Shown: positions 26,258 through 39,354 of the stretch, piece by piece
How the letters are laid out: the number at the start of each line of letters is the position of its first letter
How positions within the stretch are numbered: position 1 is the stretch's first letter
NCBI RefSeq assembly: GCF_006345805.1
Contig: NC_043009.1
Span: forward strand, 23,498,001 to 23,562,000
DNA length: 64,000 bases
Origin: Octopus sinensis
Taxonomy: Eukaryota
Direction: 5' to 3'
Translations under genes and position numbers: made by a program
Notes under the pieces: model-generated
Told to the model about the DNA's origin: nothing
The model's database searches: none
The model's input: only the letters and a program-made list of their open reading frames with translations

Positions 26258-26490
26258 GGCAGCGAGCTGGCAGAAACATTGGCAAGCCGGGCAAAATGCT
26301 TAGTGGTATTTCGTCTGCCATTACATTCTGAGTTCAAATTCCGCCGAGGTTGACTTTGCCTTTCATCCTTTCAGGGTTGATAAATTAAGTACCAGTTACA
26401 CACTGGAGTCAATGTAATCGACTTAATCCCTTTGTCCTTGTTTGTCCCCTCTATGTTTAGCCCCTTGTGGACAATAAAGAAATAAGAATA
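26258..26490 (+). mobile_element. Family-A SINE, full length
   Basis: GGCAGCGAGCTGGCAGAAACATTGGC head, GAGTTCAAATTCC B box, Meta-like core, AAAGAAATAAG tail. Confidence 0.9.
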
Positions 26491-28829
26491 AGTGTTTTAC
26501 AGAAAAGAAACTATTATGGAATTTTTCATTCCTGAAATTTCAGTTTAATATATGTGTAATACAATGATTTAGTTTGATGTTTCAATTTCGAGACCAATAT
26601 TCTGATACCAGCAGATTTTGAATATCTCAAACGATGAGATGATCTCTGTCAGAATGCTTTCGGTTGTAGGACGGTTGATCAGGGTTGAACATCAACAAAG
26701 ACCGATCAATACTGACAGTGCTGTATTATTATTCAACCAGAGGTTTCATTTGATCAGGCTTTAGTGAAATGACATAAAAAAAAAATACCACTTTCTTGGC
26801 CTTTTCCACACTCCACCTCCTCCACAACACCACTAATGCCATCAATGCCAACGCTACTGCTGTCAACGATACCTATTTCTTTACTACCCACAAGGGGCTA
26901 AACACAGAGGGGACAAACATGGACAAATGGATTAAATCGATTACATCGACCCCAGTGCATAACTGGTACTTAATTTATCGACCCTGAAAGGATGAAAGGC
27001 AAAGTCGACCTCAACGGAATTTGAACTCAGAATGTAACGGCAGATGAAATACGGCTACGCATTTCGCCCGGCATGCTAACATTTCTGCCAGCTCGCCACC
27101 CTTTGACTGCTGTCAATGACACCACCGGCAGAAGGAACCCCCTAACCAATGTGGAAGTGTCTATGATGTTTGATTTGCTAGAAATAGCAACCAGGTCACT
27201 GTCGATATCACACCGCATCACTGTCTTAAAAAGAGAGAACTCATTAGCAAATGTAGACCTAGATATCTTTTGAAAATTATGAGATGGTCAGAGTTGGAAT
27301 GTCTTCAGTCACAAGACTGCTCGACAATCAGAGTTGAACGTAAACAACAGCAAGCAACACCAAATGCACAATGTCATTGTTCAGTCAACTATATACAATA
27401 GGTTTCATTCTATCGGGTTTTACGGGAGCAACATAACAAATCTACCGACCGCACCACTTATTCTCAACCACCCTCGCCAGATTATTCTCAATTGCTATTC
27501 GAGAATTATAATGCATAACAAATAATAAACAAAACAAAATCAGAACAATGCTTTTGTAATCAATTTGTAATTATTACAGGTGACCAGTCAAACTGGTTTC
27601 AACAGATGTTAATCGATAACTGATAAGGGAAACAGGGATAATGGAATCCCTGATGATAAAAGATGAGAGGAAACAATAGATTCCCTGATGATGAAAGATA
27701 AGAGGCGACAATGGAGCCCCTGATGATGATGGAGGAGGGCATGAAATTTGGTCAAACCTATTATTATTATTATTATTATTAATAATACAGTTATTGGAAT
27801 TATTTTGGCTTCTACTTTGAAAAGAAACAGTGCAATGCAACATAGTTACTATAACAGTTGTAATTTTTTTTTAATGTAGATAATGTTATTATAATGTTTT
27901 TCTTTGTGGCATATATTTGGCATAGCTAACTGGCCATCAAAGTAAGGAGGTACAGGTGTAGATGATAGAAGGAGGGGATCAAACACAATTGACTATACTA
28001 GTCGTTAAAGCTTCACACCCAGGTAAGATATGATGATAAAAGCAATAACAACATCAATAATAGTGATGATGATGATAATTATGGTGGTGTTGGTGATGAT
28101 GACTTCTAAATTTGGCACAAAGCTGCAAATTTTGTTGGTAAAGGCAACAAGTATAAAGGTGTAACTGATTTTTCATTGACTGGCTCCTCTCCTTCATCTA
28201 TTGCTGCTCACTTTGCAAGTACTTCGATTGGTGCATATTTTAATTAACTGCAGTAATATGAAGACACAAATTAACCCCAACCCTCCCACTCCACCCATTT
28301 GCGTCAGCGATCTCAACTTGAGGCTAAAATGTCAAGAAACATTATATACCACAAAATATGTTATCCTACATCACAACCTTTTCCTGTAATTATCTTAGCA
28401 GCGATGACGACAACAGCAACATCATCATCATCATTGTTTAACGTCCACTTTCCATACTAGCATGGGTTGGGCAATTTGACTGAGGACTGGCGAACCAGAT
28501 GGCTGCACCAGGCTCCAATCTGATCTGGCAGAGTTTCTACAGCTGGATGTCCTTCCTAACGCCAACCACTCCGAGAGTGTAGTGGGTGCTTTTATGTGCC
28601 ACTGGCACGACGGCTAGTCAGGCAGTACTGGCAACAGCCACGCTCAAATGGAGTTTTTTACGTGCCACCTGCACAGGAGTCAGTCCAGCGGCACAGGCAA
28701 CGATCTCGTTCAAATGTTTTTTCATGTGCCACCGGCACAACTGCCAATGAGGCGACGCTGGTAACAATCATACTCGAATGGTGCTTTTTACATGCCACCA
28801 GCATGGAATAATAATAATAATAATAATAA

Positions 28830-29262
28830 TAATCCTTTCTACTAAAGGCACAAAGCTTGAAATGTGGGGGTAAGGGACTAGTTGAATACATAGACCCCAG
28901 TGTTCCACTGGTACTTGATTTATTGACCCCAAAAGGATAAAAGGCGAAGCTGACCTCAGTGGAATTTGAACTCAGAACATAGTGGAAGATGAAATACCGC
29001 TAAGCATTTTGCCCGGTTTTCGGATGATTAACCCAGCTTGCTACCTTAATAATAATAATGGTTTCAAATTTTGGTACAAGGCCAGCAAGGGGGTAAATTG
29101 ATCACATTGACTCCAGTGTTCAACTGGTACTTATTTTATTCACTCCGAAAGGATCAAAGGCAAAGTTGACCTCAGCAGAATTTGAACTCAGAATATAAAG
29201 AGGGACAAAATGCTGCTAAGCATTTTGTACAGTGTGCTAACAACTCTGCCAGCTCACCGGCT
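28830..29262 (-). mobile_element. Two tandem family-A SINEs separated and flanked by (TAA)n
   Basis: Two copies of the head/core/tail, with TAA tracts at about 28807-28833, 29047-29059 and 29264-29309. Confidence 0.85.
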
Positions 29263-29309
29263 TTAATATTAATGATGATAATAATAATAATAATAATAAT
29301 AATAATATA

Positions 29310-29800
29310 ACTATCATAAGTTGTGGCAATAAGATGAGGTAGTGAAAATGCTACATTGGAAACTATGCGAAAAGTGGAATCTGGAGAAAGGCAAGATGTG
29401 GTATGAGCCCTCAGAGAGTGGCAGATTTGAAGACATGCAAAATCCTGTGGGGTTTTCCAATCCAAACAGATCAAGTGCTAGAGCATAAAAAGCTGCACCT
29501 AGTGGTGGTAGACAAACTACATGTGCTATGTAATTGATGTGGTGTGCCCCTTTGACCCATGAATAGTCAAGAAAGAAGGCAGAAAAATAGACATATACAA
29601 TCTTTTTAAGTATGAAACAGCCTGGCTATGAAAAATGAAGAAGGTGAAGATCAGAATATAGTGCCCAGTAGATCTGTTACAATTGATTTGCTTCTTTGGT
29701 ATGGCCAGAATATTCTGGAAAGTATTAGTTGAAAAGAACAGATAACATGGTACGGTAGGCTGCAGGTAGCCAGCTTATTATGCATGCAAAAGGAGTTAAA
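29310..29800 (+). mobile_element. Degraded R4/Dong-clade RLE domain fragment (second subfamily)
   Basis: Translates to ...VVKMLHWKLCEKWNLEKGKMWYE..KILWGFPIQTDQVLEHKK..LVVVDK..YVIDVVCPFD..., homologous to the RLE region of 54711-55319 but divergent. Begins directly after (TAA)n. Confidence 0.75.
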
Positions 29801-29819
29801 AGGAATAGTAATAACAATA

Positions 29820-30075
29820 ACCCTTTCTACTAAAGGCACAAGGCCTGAAATTTTTTTTGGGGGGGGGGGCAACTTGATTACATTGACCCCAGTGCATAAC
29901 TGGTACTTATTTCATTGACCCTGAAAAGATGAAAGGCAAAGTTGACCTTGGCAGAATTTGAACTCAGAATGTAGTGATAGATGAAATACTGCAAAGCATT
30001 TCATTCAGTGTGCTAACGATTCTGCCAGTTTGCCACCTTGACGATAATAATAATAATAATAATAATAACAATAAC

Positions 30076-30111
<36 letters not shown>

Positions 30112-30344
30112 TATTATTATTATTATTATTTCTACTCTAGGCATAAGGCCTTGAAAATTTTGTGGGGAAGGGAGTCTAGTTGATAACATCGTCCCCAGTG
30201 CATAATTGGTACTTATTTCATCGACCCGGAAAGCATGAAAGACAAAGTTGACTTTGGCAGAATTTGAACTCAGAATGAAGCGGCAGATGAAATACTGCTA
30301 AGCATTTCACCCAGCATGCTAACGATTCTGCCAGCTCGCCACCC

Positions 30345-30345
<1 letters not shown>
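29820..30345 (-). mobile_element. Two family-A SINEs separated by (AAT)n/(ATT)n
   Basis: Two complete head/core/tail units embedded in trinucleotide tracts. Confidence 0.85.
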
Positions 30346-30399
<54 letters not shown>

Positions 30400-30615
30400 C
30401 CCTTTACTAGTTTCAGTCACTGGATTGTGGTCATGCTGGAGCACTACCAATAATAATAAAGTATATTTAGCTTTGTATATTTGTGTACTAAGATTGATTT
30501 GTTAGACTAAATCCTCCAATGTGTTGCCCCAACATGGCTGCTGTCCAATGATTGAAACAAGTAAAAGAAGAAAAAATGAAATAAAGACAACAAAGTCCGC
30601 ATGAGTCACACTTAC

Positions 30616-30863
30616 CGTGAGTCTTTCCTTGGCATGAGCATAGCGAAAACGTTGGATGTAGTAGAAGATTAGCCACGTAAGGGATATAATCATCAGAACT
30701 ATGAATGATATGGATACGAACAATATGGATGTACGGCTGATGTTGAGGGTGGATGGTGGCTGTAGGCGTGAAATGTGCATCTGTACCTTGGTCCCATTGT
30801 CGAGAAGGGTTGCAATCTTGTCCCCATCTTTTCTGCTTATAAGTACTGTCACTTTGGTGCCAA
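30616..30863 (-). CDS. Internal coding exon (248 bp) of goliath/RNF130/RNF149/RNF150-type PA-TM-RING E3 ubiquitin ligase (end of PA domain plus TM helix)
   Basis: Acceptor TTGTTTCTGTCTTTCAG and donor GTAAGTG. Encodes GTKVTVLISRKDGDKIATLLDNGTKVQMHISRLQPPSTLNISRTSILFVSISFIVLMIISLTWLIFYYIQRFRYAHAKERLT. SRTS.LFVSISFIVLMIISL.WL.FYYIQRFRYA is the diagnostic TM segment of goliath/RNF150. Confidence 0.96.
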
Positions 30864-33016
30864 CTGAAAGACAGAAACAATGGAATAATTAAGAAATGAT
30901 TTGGGATATTTTAATCTCTCAAAGTCATATGTATGTTTATGGAAGGGTAGAAATGGTCAGCTGGATACCCACTACCCTCAGGGTAGCTCGCAGAACTGGT
31001 AGAGCATCAGACAAAATGTTTAGTGGTATTTCGCCCAGCTCTTTATGTCCTGAGTTCTACTGTCCCTGTGGTTGACTTAACCATTCATCCTTTGGGGGAA
31101 GGGGAGACTAAGATTAAATAGCAGTCAAGTACTGGAACTGACGTAATAAACTTGCCCCACCCCTCAAAATTGTTAACCTTGAACCCTGCGATGAACTGAC
31201 ATCCCATTCAGGGTGAATATTGTGATCTCAAGTCACCTATAAGCCATGAAAAATGGGTAACGGGCCTTATGAGTCCTGGGATTAGAAGAAAAAAAAATAC
31301 CCAAAAACTACCTCCAGGTATTTGACTGGTACTTTACTAAACCTGTAAAAAGATGAAAAGTAACAAACTGGGTGGGATTTGAACATAAAACATGAAAGAA
31401 ATAAGGCATGGCTGTGTGGTAAGAAGTTTGTTTCCCAACCACATAGTCCCAAGCTCAGACCCATTGTATGGCACCTTGGCCAAGTGTCTTCTACTGCAGC
31501 CTTGGGCTGACCAAAGCTTTGTGATGGAAAGAAGCCAGTCGTATATATGTATGTGTGTGTATGTGTCTCTGTAACTTAGTAGTTCAGCAAAAGAGACCGA
31601 TGGAGTAATTAACAGGTTAAAAAAATAAGTATTGTTCAGCTAAAATTTTTCAAGGTGATGTTCCAGCATGGCTGCAGTCTACTGACTGAAACAAGACAAA
31701 AGATAAAGGATAAATATTGGCAAAAGAAATTTCAGAGGAGGGGGAGGGTAAGTCGATGACATCAACCCCAGTGTTCAGCTGGTACTTACTTTATTGACCC
31801 CAAAATGATGAAAAGCAAAGTCAACCCTGGCAGAATTTGAACTCAGAACGTAAAAAACAGATGAAATGTCACTAAGCATTCTGCCCAGCTCACTGCCTCA
31901 TAGAAGATAAATATTCTTTTCTACTCTAGGCACAAGGCCCGAAATTTGGAGAGGGGGGTCAGTTGATTAGATCAATCCCAATAGGCAACTGGTACTTAAT
32001 ATATCGAACCGCAAAAGATGGAAGGCAAAGTCAACCTCGGCGGAATTTGAACTCAGAACGTCAAGACAGATGAAGTACCGCTATGCATTTCTCCTGGCAT
32101 GCTAATGATTCTGCCAGCTTGCTGCCTTATAGAAGATATTGTTGTGCATTTTTTTTTATTTCCCATCAATCCAGCAAGCCAATGGTGAAGACAAGCAGCC
32201 CACTGGTTTGGGTGTTTTACTCATAACCTTAAAGTTGTGGTTTTGACTGAAAGCCTATCTTATATGTGTGTTGAGTGTTTATGTCCCTGTAATGTAGTGG
32301 TTCAGCAAAAGAGACTGATGAAGTAAGTAGCAGCTTATGAAAAAAAGGGTACTGGGGTTGAACTGTTCAACTAAAATTCTTCAAGGTGGTATGTTGTGTT
32401 CTTGAGCAAAACTCCTAATTTCATGTTGCTCCACTCAGCTGCAAATGAGTTCCAACGATAGGTGGGAAGTAAACCCTGCAAAGGACTGGTATCCCACCTA
32501 TTGGGTGTTGTAATCTTAGTTATATATACACCATGGAAACCAGGTTAAACTTTGGCCCAATGAATCAGGATCATGACAAATCTCAGTCGAAGTCAACTAA
32601 CCAATAAAAAAAAAGAGAAGAAATCGAAACTGGGAAAGTGAGATGGATAGACAGATCGGTCATTGGAGAACTATTATAAAATACCCAGTGAAAAACCACA
32701 AAAATATCCAGAAAAAAAATCCTTTCAACTATAGGCACAAGGACTGAAATTTGGAGGGAGGGGGGCAGTTGATTAGATTGAATCCAGTATGCAACTGGTA
32801 CCTAATTTATCAACCCGAAAAGGATGAAAGGGAAAGTTGACCATGGCGGAATTTGAACTCAGAATGTAACAACGAGCGAAATACTGCTAAGTATTTTGTC
32901 CAGTGTGCTAACAATTCTGCCAGCTCACCACCTTTATAAAAAAGAAAAAATAATAATGTAAAATTAATACAAATAGCTTCTAAATATGAGTAAAACCAAA
33001 TAAAATGTTTTCTATC

Positions 33017-33837
33017 TTAACCTCTTTTGTGCAAGACTGTTCCTGTGCAAGACTGTTCCTGCTTCTTTGATACAAACTTTCTATGCAAAGTGATCTAAAT
33101 TCAAATTTCCCATTAACCCTTTAGTAACTAAACTGACCATATCCAGCCAAAATATTCTACCTGTTTTATGTTCAAACTGGCCAGATCTAGCCTATCATAC
33201 ATACCCTGCAATGTCATTCTAAAAATATACAATCACATTATCAAAACATCAAAGTTTCAAGATAATACATGATCAATTCAAAATAAAATGAGTAAATAAG
33301 TATTACATTTGACTAAGTTATCTGAAAGTTAGAGTTAAAATTTCATGTTAATTCAAGTTTTAATTAATAGTTTGGTAAATTCTTCATTATTTTCAAACTT
33401 AATTGAAATAAAAAGGGTGTAGTTCAATAGAAATGTGGTAACAAAAAGGTTTAAACCTTTCAATACCAACCCACTTCAGGCCACCCCTGGATACTAGCTT
33501 CATGTTTTAAAGTGAATTAAATTAAAACTTTCCATCAAAATTCCAGTTTGATTTATGTTCAAAACATCAGCTTAATAATAAAGTTTTTTTGAAATAAATT
33601 TTTTATTCTTTTCAACTTTTATTGAAACAAAGGCTGCATATCTCAACGGAAATATGATAACCAATGAGTTAAACTGTTCTAAATTAAAACTTTCCATCAA
33701 AATTTTGTGTTGATTTATGTTCCAAACACCAGCTTAATAATGACAAAGTTATTTTTATTAAATTCTTTATTATTTTAAAATTAATTGGAACACAGAGAGA
33801 GTGTCTCAACAAGAAATATGGAGGCAAAAGACTTTAA
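33017..33837. mobile_element. Cluster of tandem and nested TTAA MITEs
   Basis: Three copies of the 24447-type MITE in tandem, with a 47936-type MITE (about 33113-33337) nested in the first. Junctions fall at or near TTAA. Confidence 0.65.
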
Positions 33838-34204
33838 GTAGACCAATACAAAACAGAAGCTGAAAAGAAATATAGTTTTGAATAAAATAGAGAAATGATT
33901 TCCTTTACAAAATTCCAGATAACTATGGACTGTCTGAGAACTGAACTTCACATGGTGGGGTGGCTGTTGTCGCAAGTGTCACCGGCCATTCTCTTTGGTA
34001 AGGCCTTTGCATTTGTGTCCATGAGGCACAGCTAAACATGCCATTTGTTCTGGGGTATACAATCTGTTATTCCCTCCCCTTTTTTTTATATTTTTCTTTG
34101 TTTCCTTGGTGAGGCAGTAATGGGTCTTTTTAAGTTTTTCTACTTTTTCTATTTTTAATAAAGATATTGTTTTTTTTTAAAAAAAAACAAGAAACTGTAA
34201 GGAA

Positions 34205-35985
34205 TAAAATTTAAGCTAAAAGACGGGGTTAGAGATGGCAAGAAAAACTCCTACCTGGCTAATACCTGAAAAAGTGAAACAGGATAGAAGAAAACCAGAT
34301 AAAATTGCAACACTGGTTGGAAAGTATTGGGACACTAAGCTGAGACTGAAGGGCTCTTGATTACAGTATAATCCAGAATCCTGCAATGCCATCCCACCAG
34401 AAACCATCAGATAATGAAAGAGAATACAGTAAAGGGTTGCAGAATATGTGGAGATAAGGAAGAAACAATTAACTACATCATATCTGGCTGCTAAGAAACA
34501 GTGCTTGTGAAATTAAGCAAAATAAGCAAGTACTCTGGGCATCCAGGGAAGGAGGGGGCACCACAGAAATGGTAAATGGTTTACTACACAAAATGAATCA
34601 TTTTAAACCTGCTAAAATAATATTTGGAATGCCTTTATCTCAACTAAGTAACGAAGCAGATATGTTATGCAAGATTAATTTTGAGGATCTGATCAAAGAC
34701 TGCTATTAAAAAAGTCAGAGAAAACTTCTCAAATAAAGTGGAATTTTATACAAAAATAAACATTATTTTCCATCTTACTGTTAGTTTTGTTTTATTTTGA
34801 AAACTGAAAATCTATTTCATAGTTTATTATTGTTTATATTTTGAATTCCATATATATGGGTTACCAAAATCTTTGAAGTGCTTAGGGCCCTGTATGGGTC
34901 TTAATCCGACCCTGCAAGAAGGAATACATCTGCAGATATGATTGAGCTGGAACTTACATAGGAAGTTATACCATGATAATGATATACAAAGAAGAAAGAA
35001 ATACTATAAGCATACACCAGGAAAGATCTCAGGGAATGAAAAAATGTGAGCATCCATTGCAATAAGACAATTCACACAGGCAGAAAGATTAAACCTAATT
35101 GACCAGATATTGTTATTGGGAAGCCAAGGAAAGAATGCATCAGACCTAAAAAAATGATAATGCATCTCTCAAAGAGATAGGGTAACTACTCAAATATAAA
35201 GATCTGGAAATAGAGATAACAAGAATGTGGAGCCTGTAAAAAGAAACAATTCTTGTAATAATAGTGATAAAATATTTAGACAAATATATGACAACCTAAG
35301 GATTTGGAAATATGCGCAACATTTAGAAAATAGCATTGCAAGCATGATGTACCGTAAATCCTTGAGTATAATCCGCATTTTTCCCCCAAAATTTAAAGGT
35401 AAAAATCCCTAGCATGTACTATATACGAGGTTAAAAATGAAAATTATTTTCTAAGCAATGTCCAAGTCTCGATTTGCTGTCCGGCAATGTTTATTCAGAC
35501 GCATTTTATGATGTCGGGCATGAAAATACCTCAAGCTAAGCCTGAAAGCAATGAAGTCATAAAAGAACCATCCATAACTTGCAGTTAACAACATTTATTA
35601 AACGTTATTACCGTTATTTCTTCATTTTCTGCAAACAAAATGCAAAAAAAGCTACACATTTACATTATGTTACATATACAATAATAATAAAGGACATTAC
35701 CATATACATTTTTACAAACCAAGGACATTATATAGACTTCCTCGACTCAAGTTAGAGAAGGGGTGCGTATTTAGGTTTTTCAGAGGTACAGCCCCTAAAA
35801 ATCTCCTGCGTATTATACTCAAGGGCGGACTATACTCGAGGATTTATGGTAGATATTCTGTAGAATGCTTTCAATACAACAACAAAACCAAAACAAAATA
35901 CTGCACATACCTAAGACACAGAGAACTGCACTTGATAGTGCAGCAAAAGCATGCAAGGAAAATAAGATTACTGCTTAGTAATAAA
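34205..35985 (+). mobile_element. Old R4/Dong-like LINE 3' fragment interrupted by two DNA elements
   Basis: Segments about 34205-34491, 34915-35349 and 35852-35985 align in order to 54720-55606 (AGATGGCAAGAAAA, TGCAGAATATGTGG, GACCAGATAT, GATCTGGAAATAGAG, TTACTG end). The insert at about 34492-34914 ends TTAATCCGACCCTG (hAT-like). Confidence 0.8.
35352..35849. mobile_element. Tc2/pogo-type non-autonomous DNA transposon (MITE)
   Basis: 25-bp TIR CCGTAAATCCTTGAGTATAATCCGC vs CCATAAATCCTCGAGTATAGTCCGC (22/25). TA TSD at 35350-35351 and 35850-35851. Confidence 0.88.
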
Positions 35986-36898
35986 AATACAGTAAACAAT
36001 CTATTCTCATTTACTCAAATAACCAGAATAGTCAAGTAAACAACAGCTAGAAAAAAAAAAGAGAATATGTTAGGGTCAAGTGGCTGTGTACTTATTTTTG
36101 GTAATTAATTAATTGTCATAGTTTGTACTGCATCTAAAATGGATCATTTCTTCTCATGGTGCATAAAATATAGTATTTTATTTTACTGCATTTATATGAC
36201 CTGTATTTTATTAGGTTATATAGCCATGTGGGGGTCACAATTGTATGGTCAGGTGTTCAATTCCCAGTGGTATGTTGTGTCCTTGAGCAAGACACTTTAT
36301 TTCACATTGCTTCAGTCCATTCAGCTAGCAAAAATGAGTTGTACCTGTAATTCAAAGGGCCGGCCATGTCACATTCTGTGCCACACTGAATCTATGTTAA
36401 AAAACTATGTTAAGGGTGCACATGTATGTGGAATACTCAGCCACTTGCACATTAATTTCACAAGCAGGCTGTTCCATTGATTGGATCACCTGGAAACCTT
36501 GTCATTGCAATTGATGGAGTGCCAGATTTTAGTATATTAGTAAAACTGGTTCTTCACTTAAATTATATTGTTATTCCTTCTTTGTTTCTCTCATTTTTAC
36601 TATTTCCAAAATATTTATTTCTTTATTGCCCACAGGGGGGCTAAACAAGAAAGGGCAAACAAGGGCAGAGAAAGGAATTAAGTTGATTGCATCAACCCCA
36701 GTGCATAACTGGTACTTATTTAATTGACCTTGAAAGGATGAAAGGTAAAGTTGACCTCGTTGGAATTTGAACTCAGAACATAACAGCAGATGAAACACCG
36801 CTAAGCATTTTACTCAGCGTGCTGACGATTCTGCCAGTTTACCACCCTATATTCTAATGCTGGTGTTTAAATACTTGTATTTAAATAATATTCTAATA

Positions 36899-37198
36899 CA
36901 GTGGTTCCCAAAGTAGGCAGTATTGTCCCTTACCCCACCCCCTGGGGCCAGTGGAATGTCCCAAGGGAGTGTTGAAGAAAAGTGTGTGTGTGTGGAGGGG
37001 GCGATAATGGGGTAGCAATTCACATAAAAACAACAAAATAATGGATTCATTAGGTTAAGTTTTAATTGTGAAATACAGTTGCTTTGAATTTGCTTCAGAA
37101 AGAGGTCTATGTTTGTGATGGTTAGTTGGGGTGGGGGCGCTAGGAATGTAGCTTGGGTGTCAAGTGGGTGACAGCCTGAAAAAGTTTGGGAACCACTG
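36899..37198. mobile_element. hAT (Charlie-like) MITE
   Basis: Perfect 14-bp TIR CAGTGGTTCCCAAA. 8-bp TSD TTCTAATA / TCCTAATA. Confidence 0.9.
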
Positions 37199-38613
37199 TC
37201 CTAATACTTGTGCTTGAAAAGAGTTTTCATGAATTTTGTGAGGTGCTATGGTCATTTATTTATGTAAGATGCTATGATGATCAGCTATCAGGGAGATCAG
37301 TTATCTGGCAACCCTGTGGTTCCAATGGGACAAGATAGGGTAGGAGGGTGGGGCACAAGTTACTGTAACTGTTTCTAGCATAGAGGCATAAGACCACTAA
37401 TTTAGGGGAAGGGAGCAATAATATTTAATTGTCCTCAGTACCCGACTGATTTTATTGAGTGAGAGAGGATGAAGGGTAAAATTTGGGGACTTGAACTCAG
37501 AGTATAAATCAGAAATTCTCAACCATTTATTATCTTTGGACCCTTTGAACTGATTAAAATGTTTAGAGAAAGAAACCTAGATGTTTCTTGCAATACATAC
37601 ATCTAAAGCAAAAGTTTTTCATGGACCCTTAATAAATTACTGTGGGTCCTATGTTTGCTATTTTGTTTCTGTGGAGCCACAAAAATCTTATATGGACTCT
37701 GGTTGAAAATCACTAGTGGAAAAGAGTGGAACAAATACCACAAGGCATTTGGTCGAATGCTCTAACATTTCTGCCAATATTGCAAACAACAATTATGACA
37801 ATAATAATGATGATGATGATGATGATGGTAATAATTATCAAAATAATGATGATGATGATAATTTACTACCAGAATAAATGGCGCTGTGTGTTCTGTAATT
37901 CCTATCTAATGCTTTACTGTCAATTTCTACATAAACTATTGATCTTAAATGGTTGATCTTCAAGACTGCTACTGAGTGCGGCGCCTTAAACATTGAACTA
38001 GATTGACACTCGAAACAAGAAAACTGACAGAAACATAACATTTATCACAAGGAAACATTTGGTGAAGAAGAAGCACTTACATACACTTTCTAACATTTTC
38101 AGGTTCGGAAATTCTCTTAATTGGCAACCTAATTATAACCAGAAATCAAATACACATAGACTAATACAACACTCACACACACTCATACAAAGAAAAAAAA
38201 AAGAGGAACTGAAATTACATCAATGTCAAACACAAGAATAAATAAATATTAGAAACAAGGCGTCAAATAAATAAAATAAAGGAGAGAAAGTATAGACTCT
38301 TTAGCCATGGCGTTGGTGACTAATCTTGTTAGTTCTACCAATAATATTCATATCCTTACAACTGTTCGGTTTCTTTTTGTTTGTTTTCTTCTTTTATTGC
38401 AGAAAATTCTTTCCCTGTCGTACTATATCTTTTATCTTTTACTTGTTTCAGTCATTGGACTACAGACATGCTGGGGCACCACCCTTGAAAAATTTTTTTA
38501 GTTGAATCAATCGACTATTGGTTGCTTTTTGCTGAACCACTAAGTTATGGTGAAGTAAAGGCACCGACATCAGTTGTCAAGTGGTGGTGGGGTGGGCAAA
38601 CACAGACCCCCCC

Positions 38614-38673
<60 letters not shown>

Positions 38674-39298
38674 GACTGGCATGTAAAAAGTACTATTCGA
38701 GTGTGGCCAGTGCCAGTGCCGACTGACTGGCTCCCATGCTGGTGGAACATAAAAAGCACCATTCAAGTGAGACTGAATGTGTGTTTGTATACATATGTAA
38801 ATTGATTACAAATTAAATATTTATATAAGGGTTTCCTCTTTTACGCTTTATTCTTTTTGTGCTTATATACATTATTAGACTGTGTTCCTTAGTCATTGCA
38901 CGGTGATCACCAGAAGCTTTAAGCTTATATAAAATACCATTATTATTATTATTTACAGGATTGTTAAATATGGCACCGTATAACAAAACCACCGAAAACA
39001 CACATATACACAAGTAATATAAATATCCATACTCGAATACAAACATAAAAATGTACATGCATACATACAAGTGCATAGGTTTTCATCAGTTGCATAACTG
39101 GTTACCTACATAATAAAAATAATAATAAGTGCACCCTTTTAAAGTCTAGCCAGGCTCATGGGCTACCTCATGATTGTGAGCCTGATGTTCTAACCACTGA
39201 GCCATGTGCCTTCACTGATATATATATATATATGTGATCCATTCTGAAGGAGCACTTATAACTACTACAACCACCCAACCACCAAACAATAAGTTACT

Positions 39299-39354
<56 letters not shown>

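Noticed and set aside
30502-30852. ORF-track 116-aa protein as a standalone gene
   Set aside because: It is an internal exon. Homology stops at the GTAAGT donor (30615) and the read-through runs into a SINE tail.
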